From an uncultured Alphaproteobacteria bacterium (GTDB taxonomy: Bacteria; Pseudomonadota; Alphaproteobacteria; Rhizobiales; Xanthobacteraceae), in NCBI GenBank assembly GCA_963738105.1, contig CAVTWC010000028.1, positions 971 through 64,970 on the forward strand: a stretch of 64,000 nt of DNA, read 5' to 3'. Below the pieces are notes generated by a model. That model had not been told where the DNA came from. It worked only from the letters and a program-made list of their open reading frames with translations, and made no database searches. Within the stretch, counting starts at the first letter, position 1. Each line of letters begins with the position of its first letter. Shown piece by piece: positions 1 to 10,392 of the stretch. A program made the translations under genes and the position numbers.

Positions 1-201
1 CTTGAACACGGTGCCGAACACGCGATCGAACTTGTCGAGGTTGCGCTCGTCCTTCACCAGCGCCGCGCGCGACAGGTAATAAAAATTCTCCACCGTCTGC
101 TCGGCGAGGTCGGCGTCGAGCGCCTCCATCAGCGTCAGATATTCGCGCAAGGTCACCGGGACCTGGGCATCGCGCAGCGATGTGAAGAATTGCAAAAACA
201 T
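1..201 (-). CDS. vWA/CoxE-like protein, 5' end only (67 codons; gene continues past the window start)
   Basis: ATG at 201 on the minus strand, open to the window edge. The translation MFLQFFTSLRDAQVPVTLREYLTLMEALD...FYYLSRAALVKDERNLDKFDRVFGTVFK matches the N-terminus I associate with vWA/CoxE-type partners of MoxR ATPases. It is absent from the ORF track because there is no stop in the window. Confidence 0.55.
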   Translation of the reverse strand, partial: MFLQFFTSLRDAQVPVTLREYLTLMEALDADLAEQTVENFYYLSRAALVKDERNLDKFDRVFGTVFK

Positions 202-322
202 AGACTACAGATTGCCCGCCCTCACCCGCACGTCAAGGCCCTCTGCCATGCGGGGAGGCCTAGACCTGTCCGCTTTTTCAACTAGAATTGCGGGATCAGG
301 CGGTTTGAGCGGGGCATTCTCA

Positions 323-568
323 ATGGGTATTTTAGCGGCACTCGTCATCGGCGCGATCGCCGGCTGGCTGGCTGGGCTAATCGTTCGCGGCGCCGGTTTC
401 GGGCTGATCGGAAACATCGTTGTCGGTATTATCGGTGCGCTGGTGGCAGGCTGGCTGTTACCGCAACTCGGCGTCGTGCTCGCCTCCGGCACGCTCGGCT
501 CGATCATCGACGCCACCGTCGGCGCGGTCATCGTGCTCGTGATCCTCTCGCTGGTCAGGCGCGCCTGA
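323..568 (+). CDS. GlsB/YeaQ/YmgE family small membrane stress protein
   Basis: Track ORF 182..568. The conserved part starts at internal ATG 323 (MGILAALVIGAIAGWLAGLIVRG...) and is a Gly-rich multi-TM 81-aa protein typical of this family. The upstream 47 codons overlap the divergent gene and look non-coding. Confidence 0.75.
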   Translation: MGILAALVIGAIAGWLAGLIVRGAGFGLIGNIVVGIIGALVAGWLLPQLGVVLASGTLGSIIDATVGAVIVLVILSLVRRA

Positions 569-671
569 CCGTAAGCTTCATTTTCCCGGCGATCGGCTCT
601 CTCGTGGTCGTCGGCTGTTCGGATCAAGGCGCACTCCTGCGCTCAAGAACAAACAACAAGGCAAAGGCTCG

Positions 672-1514
672 ATGAAATTTACCGGCACCAAGGACTACGT
701 CGCTACCGATGACCTCAAGATCGCCGTCAACGCCTCGATCGTGCTCGAACGCCCGCTGCTGGTAAAGGGCGAGCCCGGCACCGGCAAGACCGTGCTGGCC
801 GAGGAAGTCGCCAAGGCGATCGGTGCACCGCTCCTGACCTGGCACATCAAATCCACCACCAAGGCGCAACAGGGCCTCTACGAATACGACGCGGTGTCGC
901 GGCTGCGCGACAGCCAGCTCGGCGATTCCAGAGTTTCCGACATTTCGAACTACATCAAGCGCGGCAAGCTCTGGGAAGCCTTCACCCACGAGAAGCGCCC
1001 GGTGCTGCTGATCGACGAGATCGACAAGGCCGATATCGAGTTTCCCAACGATCTCCTGCTCGAACTCGATCGCATGGAGTTCTTCGTCTACGAGACCGGC
1101 GAGAACATCAAGGCGAAGCTGCGTCCGATCGTGATGATCACCTCGAACAACGAAAAGGAACTGCCGGATGCGTTCCTGCGCCGCTGTTTCTTCCACTACA
1201 TCAAGTTCCCCGACATCGACACCATGAACCGGATCGTCGACGTGCATTTCCCCGGCATCAAGAAGCGCCTGGTGGAAGAGGCGCTGCGGATCTTCTTCGA
1301 GGTGCGCGAAGTGCCCGGCCTGAAGAAGAAGCCCTCGACGTCGGAGCTTCTGGACTGGCTCAAGCTGCTGCTCAACGAGGACATCACGCCGGAAATGCTG
1401 CGGGAGCGCGATCCGCGCAAGCTGATCCCGCCGCTGCATGGCGCGCTCCTGAAGAACGAGCAGGACGTGCATCTGTTCGAACGGCTGGCGTTCCTCAGCC
1501 GCCGCGAAGTCTGA
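672..1514 (+). CDS. MoxR-like AAA+ ATPase
   Basis: 280 aa with Walker A GEPGTGKT and Walker B LLIDEIDKA. The KAQQGLYEYDAVSRLRDSQ region is typical of the MoxR/CoxD (AAA_5) subgroup. Confidence 0.9.
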   Translation: MKFTGTKDYVATDDLKIAVNASIVLERPLLVKGEPGTGKTVLAEEVAKAIGAPLLTWHIKSTTKAQQGLYEYDAVSRLRDSQLGDSRVSDISNYIKRGKLWEAFTHEKRPVLLIDEIDKADIEFPNDLLLELDRMEFFVYETGENIKAKLRPIVMITSNNEKELPDAFLRRCFFHYIKFPDIDTMNRIVDVHFPGIKKRLVEEALRIFFEVREVPGLKKKPSTSELLDWLKLLLNEDITPEMLRERDPRKLIPPLHGALLKNEQDVHLFERLAFLSRREV

Positions 1515-1585
1515 TGATTGCCCGAGGCACCGGCACTTCGGTTCCGGCGTTTCGGTTTTGAAACCACAAAAAAAGACCAGGGAAG

Positions 1586-3088
1586 ATGAACGTTCAAAGC
1601 CAGATCCGCGCGGCCGAGCCCGCGGCAACCGAGCATTTCGACGTCCTGATCGCGGGCGCCGGCATCTCCGGCGTCGGCGCGGCCTATCATTTGACCCGGC
1701 AGTGCCCGGGCACAAGCTTTGTCGCGCTGGAAGCGCAGAAGACGTTTGGCGGCACCTGGAGCACGCATCGCTATCCCGGCATCCGCTCCGACAGCGATCT
1801 CCACACCTTCGGCTATCGGTTCAAGCCCTGGACCAGCGCGCCGATCGCGACCGCGGCAGAAATTCTCAAATATATGGGCGAGGTGATCGAGGAGAACGAT
1901 CTCGGCCGCCATATCCGCTATCAGCACACCATTACTTCGGCCAAATGGTCGAGCCAGGACAATCTCTGGACCATCGACGCCGTCAGGGCCGACACCGGCG
2001 AAACGCGGCGCTTCACCGCCAATTTCTTCTGGATGTGCCAGGGCTATTACCGCCACACCGAAGGCTATACGCCGGAGTGGCAGGATATGGCGCTCTTTAA
2101 AGGCCCGATCATCCATCCGCAGAAATGGCCCGACGATCTCGACTACAAAAACAAGCGCGTCGTCGTGATCGGTTCGGGCGCTACCGCGGCGACGCTGATC
2201 CCGGCGATGGCCAAGGATGCCGCGCATGTCACCATGCTGCAGCGCTCGCCGACCTATTTCCGCACCGGCCGCAATGCGATCGAGATCGCTGAAACGCTGC
2301 GCCAGCTTAATGTCGACGAGACCTGGATCCACGAAATCACCCGCCGCAAGATCCTGTTCGATCAGGATGCATTCACCCGCAAGACCTTCGAGCAGCCCGA
2401 AGCCGCCAAGAAGGATTTGCTCTCGGCCGTCGAAGCCTATCTCGGTCCCGACTACGACATCGCCACCCACTTCACGCCGAAATACCGGCCGTGGCGTCAG
2501 CGCATCGCCTTCATTCCCGACGGCGATCTGTTCCAGGGCATCAAGTCCGGCAAGGCCTCTGTTGTCACCGACGAGATCGATCGCTTCACCGCCAAAGGCA
2601 TCCTACTGAAATCCGGCAAGGAGCTGGAGGCCGATATCATCATCACCGCGACCGGTTTCCATCTCAGCGCCAATGGCGACATCGCCTTCGAAGTCGACGG
2701 CAAGCCGCTCGATTTCGCCGACACCGTGACCTATCGAGGCATGATGTTCACGGGCGTGCCCAATCTGGTCTGGGTGTTCGGCTATTTCCGCGCCAGCTGG
2801 ACCTTGCGCGTCGATCTGGTCGCCGATTTCGTCTGCCGCCTGCTCACCCACATGAAGCAAACCGGCGTTAAAAAGGTCACGCCCGCCTTGCGCGCCGAAG
2901 ACCACAACATGCCGCTGTTGCCGTGGATTGATCCGGAAAACTTCAACCCCGGCTACATGATGCGCGGCATGCATCTGCTGCCGAAGCGCGGCGACAAGCC
3001 GGAGTGGCGGCACAACCAGGACTACTGGGCCGAGAAGGATGAATTCCCCGCGATCGATTTGAAGGACAGCGCCTTCGTCTACGAATAG
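1586..3088 (+). CDS. Flavin-containing / Baeyer-Villiger-type monooxygenase (FAD/NADPH dependent)
   Basis: 500 aa. N-terminal GAGISG dinucleotide fold, the BVMO-like fingerprint FGGTWSTHRYPG, and a second Rossmann motif VIGSGATA. Confidence 0.85.
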   Translation: MNVQSQIRAAEPAATEHFDVLIAGAGISGVGAAYHLTRQCPGTSFVALEAQKTFGGTWSTHRYPGIRSDSDLHTFGYRFKPWTSAPIATAAEILKYMGEVIEENDLGRHIRYQHTITSAKWSSQDNLWTIDAVRADTGETRRFTANFFWMCQGYYRHTEGYTPEWQDMALFKGPIIHPQKWPDDLDYKNKRVVVIGSGATAATLIPAMAKDAAHVTMLQRSPTYFRTGRNAIEIAETLRQLNVDETWIHEITRRKILFDQDAFTRKTFEQPEAAKKDLLSAVEAYLGPDYDIATHFTPKYRPWRQRIAFIPDGDLFQGIKSGKASVVTDEIDRFTAKGILLKSGKELEADIIITATGFHLSANGDIAFEVDGKPLDFADTVTYRGMMFTGVPNLVWVFGYFRASWTLRVDLVADFVCRLLTHMKQTGVKKVTPALRAEDHNMPLLPWIDPENFNPGYMMRGMHLLPKRGDKPEWRHNQDYWAEKDEFPAIDLKDSAFVYE

Positions 3089-3125
3089 GGTGCTGATTTG
3101 CTTAACCTTGTGAAGGAGCCTTGAG

Positions 3126-4279
3126 CTATACAAGACTTCCAAGAACGACCTCGCGCAGAACGCGCGTCGGCGGCACCGATTGATCTTCCTTGCCATAGTT
3201 TCCGGACGTGATCGCGATCACAAGCTGCAGCGCCGGGATGATGAAGAGCCGCTGACCACCCTCGCCCTGCGCCATCCACATCCGTTCCAGCCGTCCGACG
3301 GCCCAGCCCTTTGGTTTGCCGAAGGCGATGTCAAGGATGAACCACTGATAACCGTAGCGGCGAAGTTCATCGGCGCTGACAAGCTGTGTGGTGCAACGCT
3401 TTAACCAGCCGGCAGGAACGATGGTACGGTCGCCCGCCTTGCCTTCGTGCAGTATCAAAGCGCCTATGCGGCAGAGATCGCGAACCGACATCCGCGCGCC
3501 GGAGGCCGCGAATGGCTCACCATCTGGCCCGGCCGCCCATTCGGTTGGCCCCATGCCCAGCGGATCGAACAGGTTCTTGCGCGCGAATTCATGCACATTT
3601 GGCCCGAGCCTTTGGCAATCAGGCGCGCCAACAACGCGGTGGCGCCGCCGCAATAGGTCCAGTGCGCGCCGGGTGTATCGATCACACGCCGCTCCAGGAT
3701 ATAGCGATAGCGGTCCGACGCGTTGTCCATCGCAGTCTCGCTGTTGCACGGATCCGAATAGACCAGGCTGCTCTCGTCCCAATCGGTACCCATGCTCATG
3801 GTCAGCACATGCTGGATCGCGAGCCGGTCGCGACCTTCCTTGCTGGCGAGATCGGCGTATTCGGGGAACGCCGAGAACAGCGGCGCCTCCGGCGGTGGCA
3901 CTTTCCCCTGCTCCAGGGCAATGCCGTACAGCAAGCCGACGATGCTTTTCGAGCAAGAGCGCAGATCGTGCAATGTATCGGACTTGAACGCGACATGGCC
4001 GATGTCGCCGACACCGCGCGCCCGGTCGTCCCCCTCGAAATAGCGTTCCAGCACCATGCGGTCGTTACGGAGCACGACGAGCCCGTGCAGATTCCAGATG
4101 CGCTTGTCGGCAATGGCCTTGTCGAGTCGTGCTTCGATATCAGGCGCAAAGCCCGCTTCCGAAGGCGCGATCGGCAACCACGGATCGGTCGCCGCGGATA
4201 GCGGCGGAGATTTAATAGTCATGATGGCAGCGGCTCCGCTCAACAAGATTTGCCGGCGATCAAGTTTCCTGGTGTTCAC
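3126..4279 (-). pseudogene. Serine hydrolase / class-C beta-lactamase-family protein, split by one frameshift
   Basis: The N-terminal part is track ORF 3464..4279 (Tat-like RRQILL signal, SxxK motif SCSK). The C-terminal part is track ORF 3126..3956 (NVHEFARKNLFDPLGMGPTEW...). The frames join at about 3598-3601 (minus strand GGCCAAATGTG). Total length 1154 nt = 3n+2, consistent with one missing base. Confidence 0.8.
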
Positions 4280-4351
4280 TGGCGTCCCCTCCCTACCGGA
4301 TGAGTAGCCGTATCCACGTTCGCAGACAGGAGCACCACTCGGCTCCCAACC

Positions 4352-5974
4352 TCAGTTCATCGATGCGCTGCGGCCGCGGATCAGGTCCGAGGCCTTGTCG
4401 GCGATCATCATGGTGGAGGCATTGAGATTGGCCGAGATCATCCGCGGCATGATCGACGCATCGATCACGCGAAGCCCCTGCAGTCCATGCACGCGCAACT
4501 GGTCGTCGACGACGGCCCATTTGCTGTCGGCCGGCCCCATCCGGCAGGTGCAGCCGGGGTGGAAGGTTGTGGTACCGCGCTGCGTCGCCGCCGCCAAAAA
4601 CTCATCGTCGGTCTGCACGCTCGGTCCCGGAAAATCTTCATATTCGTAATAGGGCGAGAGCGGCTGAGATGACATCAGCCGGCGTGCCAGCTTCATCCCG
4701 GCGACGATGGTACGGCGGTCGAGCTCTTCGGCGAGATAATTGGTTTGAATGATCGGCGGGTCGAACGGATTTGACGAACGGGCGTGGACATAGCCGCGGC
4801 TCTCGGGGCGTTGTTGCCAGGACGCGATCGTCATGCCGGGCTGGTCTTCAAGTTGCCCCTGCACGCCTTCCTTGTAGCTTGCCGGCGTAAACGTCAGTTG
4901 CAGGTCGGAGCTTTCGGTGCTCTCGCCGGAATGCCAGAAGCAATAGACCATGGTCGGCGACAGCGACAGCAGGCCGCGCCGCGTCGTCGCCCATTTCAGC
5001 GCCTCCAGCATCAGGCCGAGGCCCTGGCGCCGTTCGTTGATGGTCTTGATGTTCTTGACGCGCGCGACCGTGCGCGGAGCGTAATGGTCCTGCAATCCCT
5101 CACCGACACCCGGCAGCGCGTGACGCACCTCGATGCCGAGCGAACCCAGCAATTCCGGCGAGCCGACGCCCGATAGCTGCAGCAATTGCGGCGAGTTGTA
5201 GGTGCCGCCGGCCAGGATCACTTCCTTGTTGGCGCGCACTTCGACCGGCGTGCCGCCCTTGCCGCCTTTGACGTAGCGCACGCCGACCGCGCGCTTGCCT
5301 TCGAAGATGATGCTAGTGGCATGGGCGTGGGTGCGCACATGCACGTTGGGGCGCTTTCGCGCCGGGTGTAGAAACGCGGTCGCAGCACTGACGCGCAGGC
5401 CGTTCTTGATGGTGCGCTGGGCGTAGGACACGCCCTCCTGAATCGCACCGTTGTAATCGGGGTTGCGCGGGATGCCGAGACTGATCGCGCCTGCCATGAA
5501 GGCCTCGCACAGCGGGTCCTGCCAATCCATCGTGGTCACGGTGAGGTTGCCATCGCGCCCGCGATAGGCGTCGTCGCCCTCGCCGACCCGTTTTTCCAGC
5601 CGCTTGAAATAGGGCAGCACGTCCTGATAGCCCCAGCCGCGATTGCCGTATTGGGCCCAGGTGTCGAAATCCTGCCGCTGGCCGCGATTATAGATGTGGC
5701 CGTTGATCGAAGACGAGCCGCCGAGCGTCTTGCCGCGCGGCGCATAGATGCTGCGGCCGCCGGTCCACGGCCCCGGCTCCTGCTGGTAGGCCCAGTTGAT
5801 GCTCTTCATGTGAAACGTTTTGATGAAGCCGGCCGGCAAATGGATGTAGGGGTGCCAGTCGCTAGGTCCCGCTTCGAGCACGCAGATGCTGGTGCCGGCA
5901 TCCTCGCTCAGGCGATTGGTGAGCACGCTGCCGGCGGAGCCGGCGCCCACGATCACATAATCGAACGTTTCCAT
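4352..5974 (-). CDS. GMC-family (choline dehydrogenase-like) FAD oxidoreductase
   Basis: 540 aa with N-terminal FDYVIVGAGSAGSVL and the GMC signatures GGSSSINGHIY and HPGCTCRMG. Confidence 0.9.
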   Translation of the reverse strand: METFDYVIVGAGSAGSVLTNRLSEDAGTSICVLEAGPSDWHPYIHLPAGFIKTFHMKSINWAYQQEPGPWTGGRSIYAPRGKTLGGSSSINGHIYNRGQRQDFDTWAQYGNRGWGYQDVLPYFKRLEKRVGEGDDAYRGRDGNLTVTTMDWQDPLCEAFMAGAISLGIPRNPDYNGAIQEGVSYAQRTIKNGLRVSAATAFLHPARKRPNVHVRTHAHATSIIFEGKRAVGVRYVKGGKGGTPVEVRANKEVILAGGTYNSPQLLQLSGVGSPELLGSLGIEVRHALPGVGEGLQDHYAPRTVARVKNIKTINERRQGLGLMLEALKWATTRRGLLSLSPTMVYCFWHSGESTESSDLQLTFTPASYKEGVQGQLEDQPGMTIASWQQRPESRGYVHARSSNPFDPPIIQTNYLAEELDRRTIVAGMKLARRLMSSQPLSPYYEYEDFPGPSVQTDDEFLAAATQRGTTTFHPGCTCRMGPADSKWAVVDDQLRVHGLQGLRVIDASIMPRMISANLNASTMMIADKASDLIRGRSASMN

Positions 5975-5996
5975 CGTCTCGCTTTCGTGCGGCTGA

Positions 5997-6590
5997 TTAC
6001 CGCGTTTTCTCGTTCAGTTGATAATTGAGGTGCGCCTTCACCGTCGGCCATTCGCTGGCGATGATGCTGAACACCACGGTGTCGCGCAGCGTGCCGTTGG
6101 GCGCGATCTGATGGTTGCGCAGGATGCCGTCCTGCTTGGCGCCCAGCCGCTCGATGGCGCGGCGGCTCTGATGGTTGAAAAAATGGGTACGGAATTCGAC
6201 CGCGATGCAATCGAGCGTTTCGAACGCGTGCCGCAGCGCCAGTAATTTGCACTGGGTGTTGAGCGCGCTGCGCTGCACCCGCTTGGCATACCAGGTGGAG
6301 CCGATCTCGACGCGCCGGTTCGCCGCATCGACATTCATGTAGGTCGTCATGCCCGCGATCTGACCGTCGGCGTCAAACACCGTCCATGGCAGCATCGAAC
6401 CCGCGGCCTGCAAACCGAGCCGGCGATCGATTTCCTTGGCCATATCCTCGGCGCGCGGGATCGCCGTATACCAGAGCTTCCAGAGATCGCCGTCCTTGGC
6501 AGCAAGGGTCAAACCCTCGCAATGCTGCTGCGACAACGGCTCAAGCCGGGCGTGCGCGCCGCTGAGGGAGACAGGTTGAAGCCAGGGCAT
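5997..6590 (-). CDS. GNAT-family N-acetyltransferase (RimJ/RimL-like)
   Basis: Track ORF 5997..6710. I place the start at ATG 6590 (MPWLQPVSLSG...), which has GGAGA 8 nt upstream. The upstream 40 codons translate a palindromic intergenic repeat. Confidence 0.75.
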   Translation of the reverse strand: MPWLQPVSLSGAHARLEPLSQQHCEGLTLAAKDGDLWKLWYTAIPRAEDMAKEIDRRLGLQAAGSMLPWTVFDADGQIAGMTTYMNVDAANRRVEIGSTWYAKRVQRSALNTQCKLLALRHAFETLDCIAVEFRTHFFNHQSRRAIERLGAKQDGILRNHQIAPNGTLRDTVVFSIIASEWPTVKAHLNYQLNEKTR

Positions 6591-6608
6591 TGGAGAATCT
6601 CCATTCCT

Positions 6609-6690
6609 TGTCATTCCGGGATGGTCCGAAGGACCAGACCCGGAATCTCGAGATTCCGGGTTCGATGCTTCGCATCGCCCCGGAAAGACG
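6609..6690. repeat. Palindromic intergenic repeat element (REP-like, nested hairpins)
   Basis: Contains the perfect 22-nt palindrome CCCGGAATCTCGAGATTCCGGG (6639..6660) and the hairpin GGTCCGAAGGACC. It lies between two convergent/adjacent genes. Similar GTCATTCCGGG... elements are, as I recall, widespread in Bradyrhizobium/Rhodopseudomonas intergenic DNA. Confidence 0.6.
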
Positions 6691-6706
6691 ACTGCACTTT
6701 TCGCAA

Positions 6707-7633
6707 TCACTTATTCAAAAAATTCAGCGCCAGGCCAGGCCGCGCCCAGTCCATCGCGATCAGTTCGCCCTTGCCGGATAGCGTGATGTAGGCGGTCTTC
6801 AGCTCGGGGCCGCCGAAGGCGATGTTGGTGGTGACGCGGTCGCCGGTCGGGACCTGCTCGACCACGGTACCATCGGGCGCGATCACGGAAATGCAGCCGG
6901 AAATCAGGGTGGCGACGCAGACATTGCCGGAAGCTTCCACCGCGAGCGAATCGAACATCTGGTAGCCGCCGAGACCCGCGATCGGCTTGCCGCGCTCTCC
7001 GCGATAGATCACATCGCGCGGCTTGACGGTGCCGGGCGCGGAGAGATCGTAGGCCCACAGCCGCGCCGTCGGCGTCTCGGCGATGTAAACAATGTTCTCG
7101 TCCGGCGACAGCCCGATACCGTTGGCGGGCAGCACGCCGTGCATGCCTTCGACGATCTCCTTCATGCCGGACTTCAGATAGTAGAACCCGCCGACGTCCA
7201 TGTCGCGAGCGCGCCGCTTGCCGAGATCGGAGAACCAGAGGCCGCCGTGCCGATCGAATACCAGATCGTTCGGTCCGCGCAGCGGATGTTCGCCGCATTT
7301 GTCGACTACGGTTTCGATTTTGCCGCTTTGCAGATCCACCCGCTGGATCGAGCCGCCGAGATAATCATCGGGCTGCGGCCCCGGCATGATCATCTTGCCG
7401 GTGGGAATCCAGCTAAAGCCGCCATTGTTGCAGATGTACATCTTGCCGTCGGGCCCGAGCGCCGCGCCGTTGGGGCCACCCGGAATCTCCGCAACCACCT
7501 CTTTCCGTCCGTCCGGATAGACCCGCGTGAGCCGCTTGCCGCGAATTTCCACCAGAACGACCGATCCGTCCGGCATCACCACCGGACCTTCGGGAAATTC
7601 GAGACCGGTGGCGAGCACGCGAATATTGGACAT
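6707..7633 (-). CDS. SMP-30/gluconolactonase/LRE-family protein
   Basis: Track ORF 6707..7954. The start is chosen at ATG 7633 (MSNIRVLATGLEFPEGPV...) with GGGAGG upstream. Family motifs seen: GLEFPEGP, PNGAALGPDG, PNDLVFD. Confidence 0.85.
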   Translation of the reverse strand: MSNIRVLATGLEFPEGPVVMPDGSVVLVEIRGKRLTRVYPDGRKEVVAEIPGGPNGAALGPDGKMYICNNGGFSWIPTGKMIMPGPQPDDYLGGSIQRVDLQSGKIETVVDKCGEHPLRGPNDLVFDRHGGLWFSDLGKRRARDMDVGGFYYLKSGMKEIVEGMHGVLPANGIGLSPDENIVYIAETPTARLWAYDLSAPGTVKPRDVIYRGERGKPIAGLGGYQMFDSLAVEASGNVCVATLISGCISVIAPDGTVVEQVPTGDRVTTNIAFGGPELKTAYITLSGKGELIAMDWARPGLALNFLNK

Positions 7634-8204
7634 CAAAATCCTCCCGCTTTTCTTGGAGCACAGGGGATTCAGGCCCGATCCCGCACGCGCAACATTTCGT
7701 TGCCCGATGTTATGGCAAAGTGGCTCACGCTTGCCAAGCAATCGCGGGCTGCTGCATTGCGCAACGGGTATTACCGGAATGGGCAGCAACGACGAAGGTT
7801 TGTGCCACGAACACGGTTTCACAGCTTCGCGGCGCGATGCGCCCGAATGATGCAAGGATATTCGCGCCAAAAAGTAGAGGGCGCAGGGAAGACCGGGTGC
7901 GCGCTGCACCCGCGGTCTCGCGTGCAAGGTGTAGAAAGAGACGCACACGAGCATACAGGTTCAGCGGAAGCAGTCCGGCCTTCCCTGCGCAATGGTTTTA
8001 CGGTTTCCTTCGAGCTCTTGTGTCTGGCGGATGTGCCAGAATGTGCGGACGGGCGGTTCTGATCAACGCCCGTCGCTGGATCTGAGCCCGTTCGTGCTCG
8101 AAGGCCGCAAGAGCCTGTCGGGGAGCGTGGGACAGGTCCGGTGTCTTCCTCAACCCGAACAGTTGCATGGGCCTGGAGCCCGAACGAGCAAGGAAGGGAG
8201 TTGG

Positions 8205-8840
8205 ATGATGGCACAAAATGATCTTGTTGTCGCGGGAATCGATGTCGCCAAGGACAAGGTCGATGTTTGCCTTCGCGCGCCGTCATTGAGGCGCACGTTC
8301 GCAAGCACGGCGGAAGGTCGGCGCGAGCTGACTACGTGGTTTCGCCGGCAAAAGGTCGGTAAGGCGGTAATGGAGGCCAGCGGCGGCTACGAGCGCGAGT
8401 GGGCCAAGGTGCTGCGTAACGCTGGGATCGAGGTTCGGATCGTTGATCCGAAGCGGGTTCGCAACTTTGCCCAATCGGCCGGACAGTTCGCCAAGAATGA
8501 CACGATCGATGCCGAGATGATTGCCCCGTTTGCCGAGACGTTTGACGAAGCTCGGGGCCAAGCCTGTGACGCGGCGCGCGAGGAGCTTGTCCAGATCGTC
8601 AATGCACGTCAGGCTTTGCTGGAGCAGCAGACCCAGATGCAAAACAGGTCCGGGCACGCCGTACCGATACCGGTGCGGAAAATGCATGAGCGCCTCTTGA
8701 ACGCGATCACTCTCGAAGTTGCCAAGCTTGAGGCTGCGATCGCAGCACTGATCAAGGCCGGCCCGCACTTTGCCGAAGTCGCCAACATCATCGAGAGCGT
8801 TCCGGGACTTGGCAAGAAGCCGGATAAGGCGGAGGCGTGA
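8205..8840 (+). mobile_element. IS110-family transposase gene, 3'-truncated remnant
   Basis: MMAQNDLVVAGIDVAKDKVDVC...EASGGYEREW...NDTIDAEMIA is the DEDD (RuvC-like) N-terminal domain of IS110 transposases. The reading frame leaves the family consensus right after SVPGLGKK (about 8818) and stops at 8840. About 211 aa remain versus roughly 340 expected. The DNA downstream is lower in GC. Confidence 0.8.
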
Positions 8841-9028
8841 AGCACCCCCAGTCATCGACAGATACCCAAGACCGATCGATGACGAGGGGCACGATAACTA
8901 CGCCCTATAGTTAACACAACTCAAAATCGAGCCTCTGGATACCAATACCCGTCATTTGGTTGACGCAATGAAGGGGTATCGCAGAGTTACTATGCGGCCG
9001 ACTGAAGGCTGGACCTCTACGAAGGATT

Positions 9029-9193
9029 CATGCGCCAGGCGAAGGAACAGGTCCTGGGCTTTCATTGAGTTACGACATTATCGTCAAGCAGCATGCCGGA
9101 TCGATCGAGGTGGATACCCAGCCCGGTGAGTTCACCGAATTCAGGGTCATTATTCCGCGCTCGGCAACCACGGGCCCGGCAGCGGCAACCTGA
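9029..9193 (+). pseudogene. C-terminal fragment of a sensor histidine kinase (HATPase_c G2 box to stop)
   Basis: The frame ending at TGA 9191..9193 reads ...PGEGTGPGLSLSYDIIVKQHAGSIEVDTQPGEFTEFRVIIPR.... There is no upstream kinase sequence and no start codon. Confidence 0.55.
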
Positions 9194-9287
9194 GTTCTTA
9201 CTCTCGTCATCGACGACGACGAACCCGATTGTTTCGCCAGCAGTTCAGCCGCGACCTCCGCGCCGCCGGGTACCCTCTTGTCCCAGA

Positions 9288-9476
9288 TCAGGGTCGCCCC
9301 GTGCGTGGCCGCAGCCATCCCATGATCACGTGGTCCGGCGTTCGGCGGCTGCGCGGCAGGCTGTGCCGCTCAACCGCGGCACTTGCAAAAGCCCGTGCCT
9401 GCCGGCCGGATTGTCGTTTCTCGCGCGCAAGCGCCATCCACTCGCGAATGACGGCGCGCCGCACCTTCTTGGCCAT
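9288..9476 (-). CDS. Small conserved hypothetical protein (62 aa)
   Basis: ATG 9476 is preceded by AAGGAA. The sequence MAKKVRRAVIREWMALAREKRQS...VIMGWLRPRTG is a basic N-terminus plus a C-terminal W-L-x-P-R motif, a pattern I recall from small rhizobial hypotheticals. It lies 40 nt downstream of the previous minus-strand gene. Confidence 0.4.
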   Translation of the reverse strand: MAKKVRRAVIREWMALAREKRQSGRQARAFASAAVERHSLPRSRRTPDHVIMGWLRPRTGRP

Positions 9477-9515
9477 CTGATTTCCTTCTGCAGCTATTCC
9501 GATCAGCCGGCCGCG

Positions 9516-9959
9516 CTACGCCGCCTTTTGGATCGGATAGGTCTGCGATCGTCGCGCCAAAAGCGCGCAGCCGCATTCATGCACGGTGTCACGCTCGATA
9601 ACGAAGCCGCGTTTTGCCACCGCGGCGCGAAGGCTTTCATTTGCTGCCGGTTTCTGGGCGTCAACCCAAACCACCACCACAGCGCCAGCGCTGAGGAAAT
9701 TCATCAGCCAGTCCATTGTCGGCTCAAGCGCGTGAAGCGTACGTCGTCGCCAATCCACCAGCGCAACCTCATACTGGCCGGTTGGACGGCCGCAATTGCC
9801 CGCCGCCGCCGCCAGCAAGTATCCGCGCCGCTGCAACTCCATCATCAATTCCATGCTCTTCGCGCCGGCTACCAGGATTCGCTGGCGCGTCGAGCAGCCC
9901 GCGAGCGCGATCATCGGATCGATAATTCTGTCGCCGGTGGTAATTTGAAGGGAAGACAT
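9516..9959 (-). CDS. Hypothetical protein (147 aa), weak Rossmann/methyltransferase-like N-terminal pattern
   Basis: Track ORF 9516..10040. The start is chosen at ATG 9959 (MSSLQITTGDR...) with AGGTGA upstream. The RILVAGAKSMELMMELQRRGY stretch resembles a nucleotide-binding beta-alpha-beta unit. No family can be assigned by eye. Confidence 0.4.
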   Translation of the reverse strand: MSSLQITTGDRIIDPMIALAGCSTRQRILVAGAKSMELMMELQRRGYLLAAAAGNCGRPTGQYEVALVDWRRRTLHALEPTMDWLMNFLSAGAVVVVWVDAQKPAANESLRAAVAKRGFVIERDTVHECGCALLARRSQTYPIQKAA

Positions 9960-10392
9960 CACATCACCTGTTTTCGTTCGTTCTCGCCCGTCAGGAGTAG
10001 ACCGGGGCCTCATGGAGATAGGCCGTTTGCGAAGCCGCAAGGCTTCTGTCGATCACTCCGTTTGCTGCTCTGCAGACGGCGGGTCATGCGAGATTGTTTG
10101 ACTCACACCGCTAATATCTTCAGGTCGGGATTTAATTTCGAGAGCGCTGCAACCGCGATTTTATATGGGCGGTATATTTTATATAAGCCGCGTAAGGCGG
10201 TTATGCGCACAGCCTTCGCCACAAGCTGCACCCTGCTTCGGAGGGATATCCGCGGTTGGGCGGCACTATGCCGTCTTTAGAAAACGACCGGCCGATTACC
10301 CTCGAATTCATATGCTCTCTTGTTCATCTTTTGGGACAAGGACTCACCCGCCGCGGCGCCGATGAGACATTTCTCGCCATTTGGAGGCTAAA

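Noticed and set aside
624-2470. Long minus-strand ORFs (624..1715, 363 aa; 1196..2470, 424 aa) antisense to the MoxR and monooxygenase genes.
   Set aside because: Their translations are Arg/Ala/Gly/Leu-rich low-complexity sequence with no motifs, which is typical of shadow ORFs in about 64% GC DNA. The plus-strand genes carry clear family motifs. The same reasoning rejects 8283..8855, 9093..10280, 13698..14642, 14855..16027, 18361..19638, 20233..21111, 22396..23187, 27527..28813, 29022..30224, 30276..31100, 31981..33093, 33256..34062, 36041..36880, 40919..41758, 43389..44351, 44692..46563, 49659..50789, 52609..53916, 56274..57275, 60195..61139 and 62613..63959.
6707-7954. A 415-aa version of the SMP-30/gluconolactonase ORF with a 107-aa N-terminal extension.
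   Set aside because: The extension is Arg/Pro/Ser-rich with no homology pattern. The conserved protein begins at MSNIRVLATGLEFPEGP with a GGGAGG ribosome-binding site directly upstream (ATG 7633).
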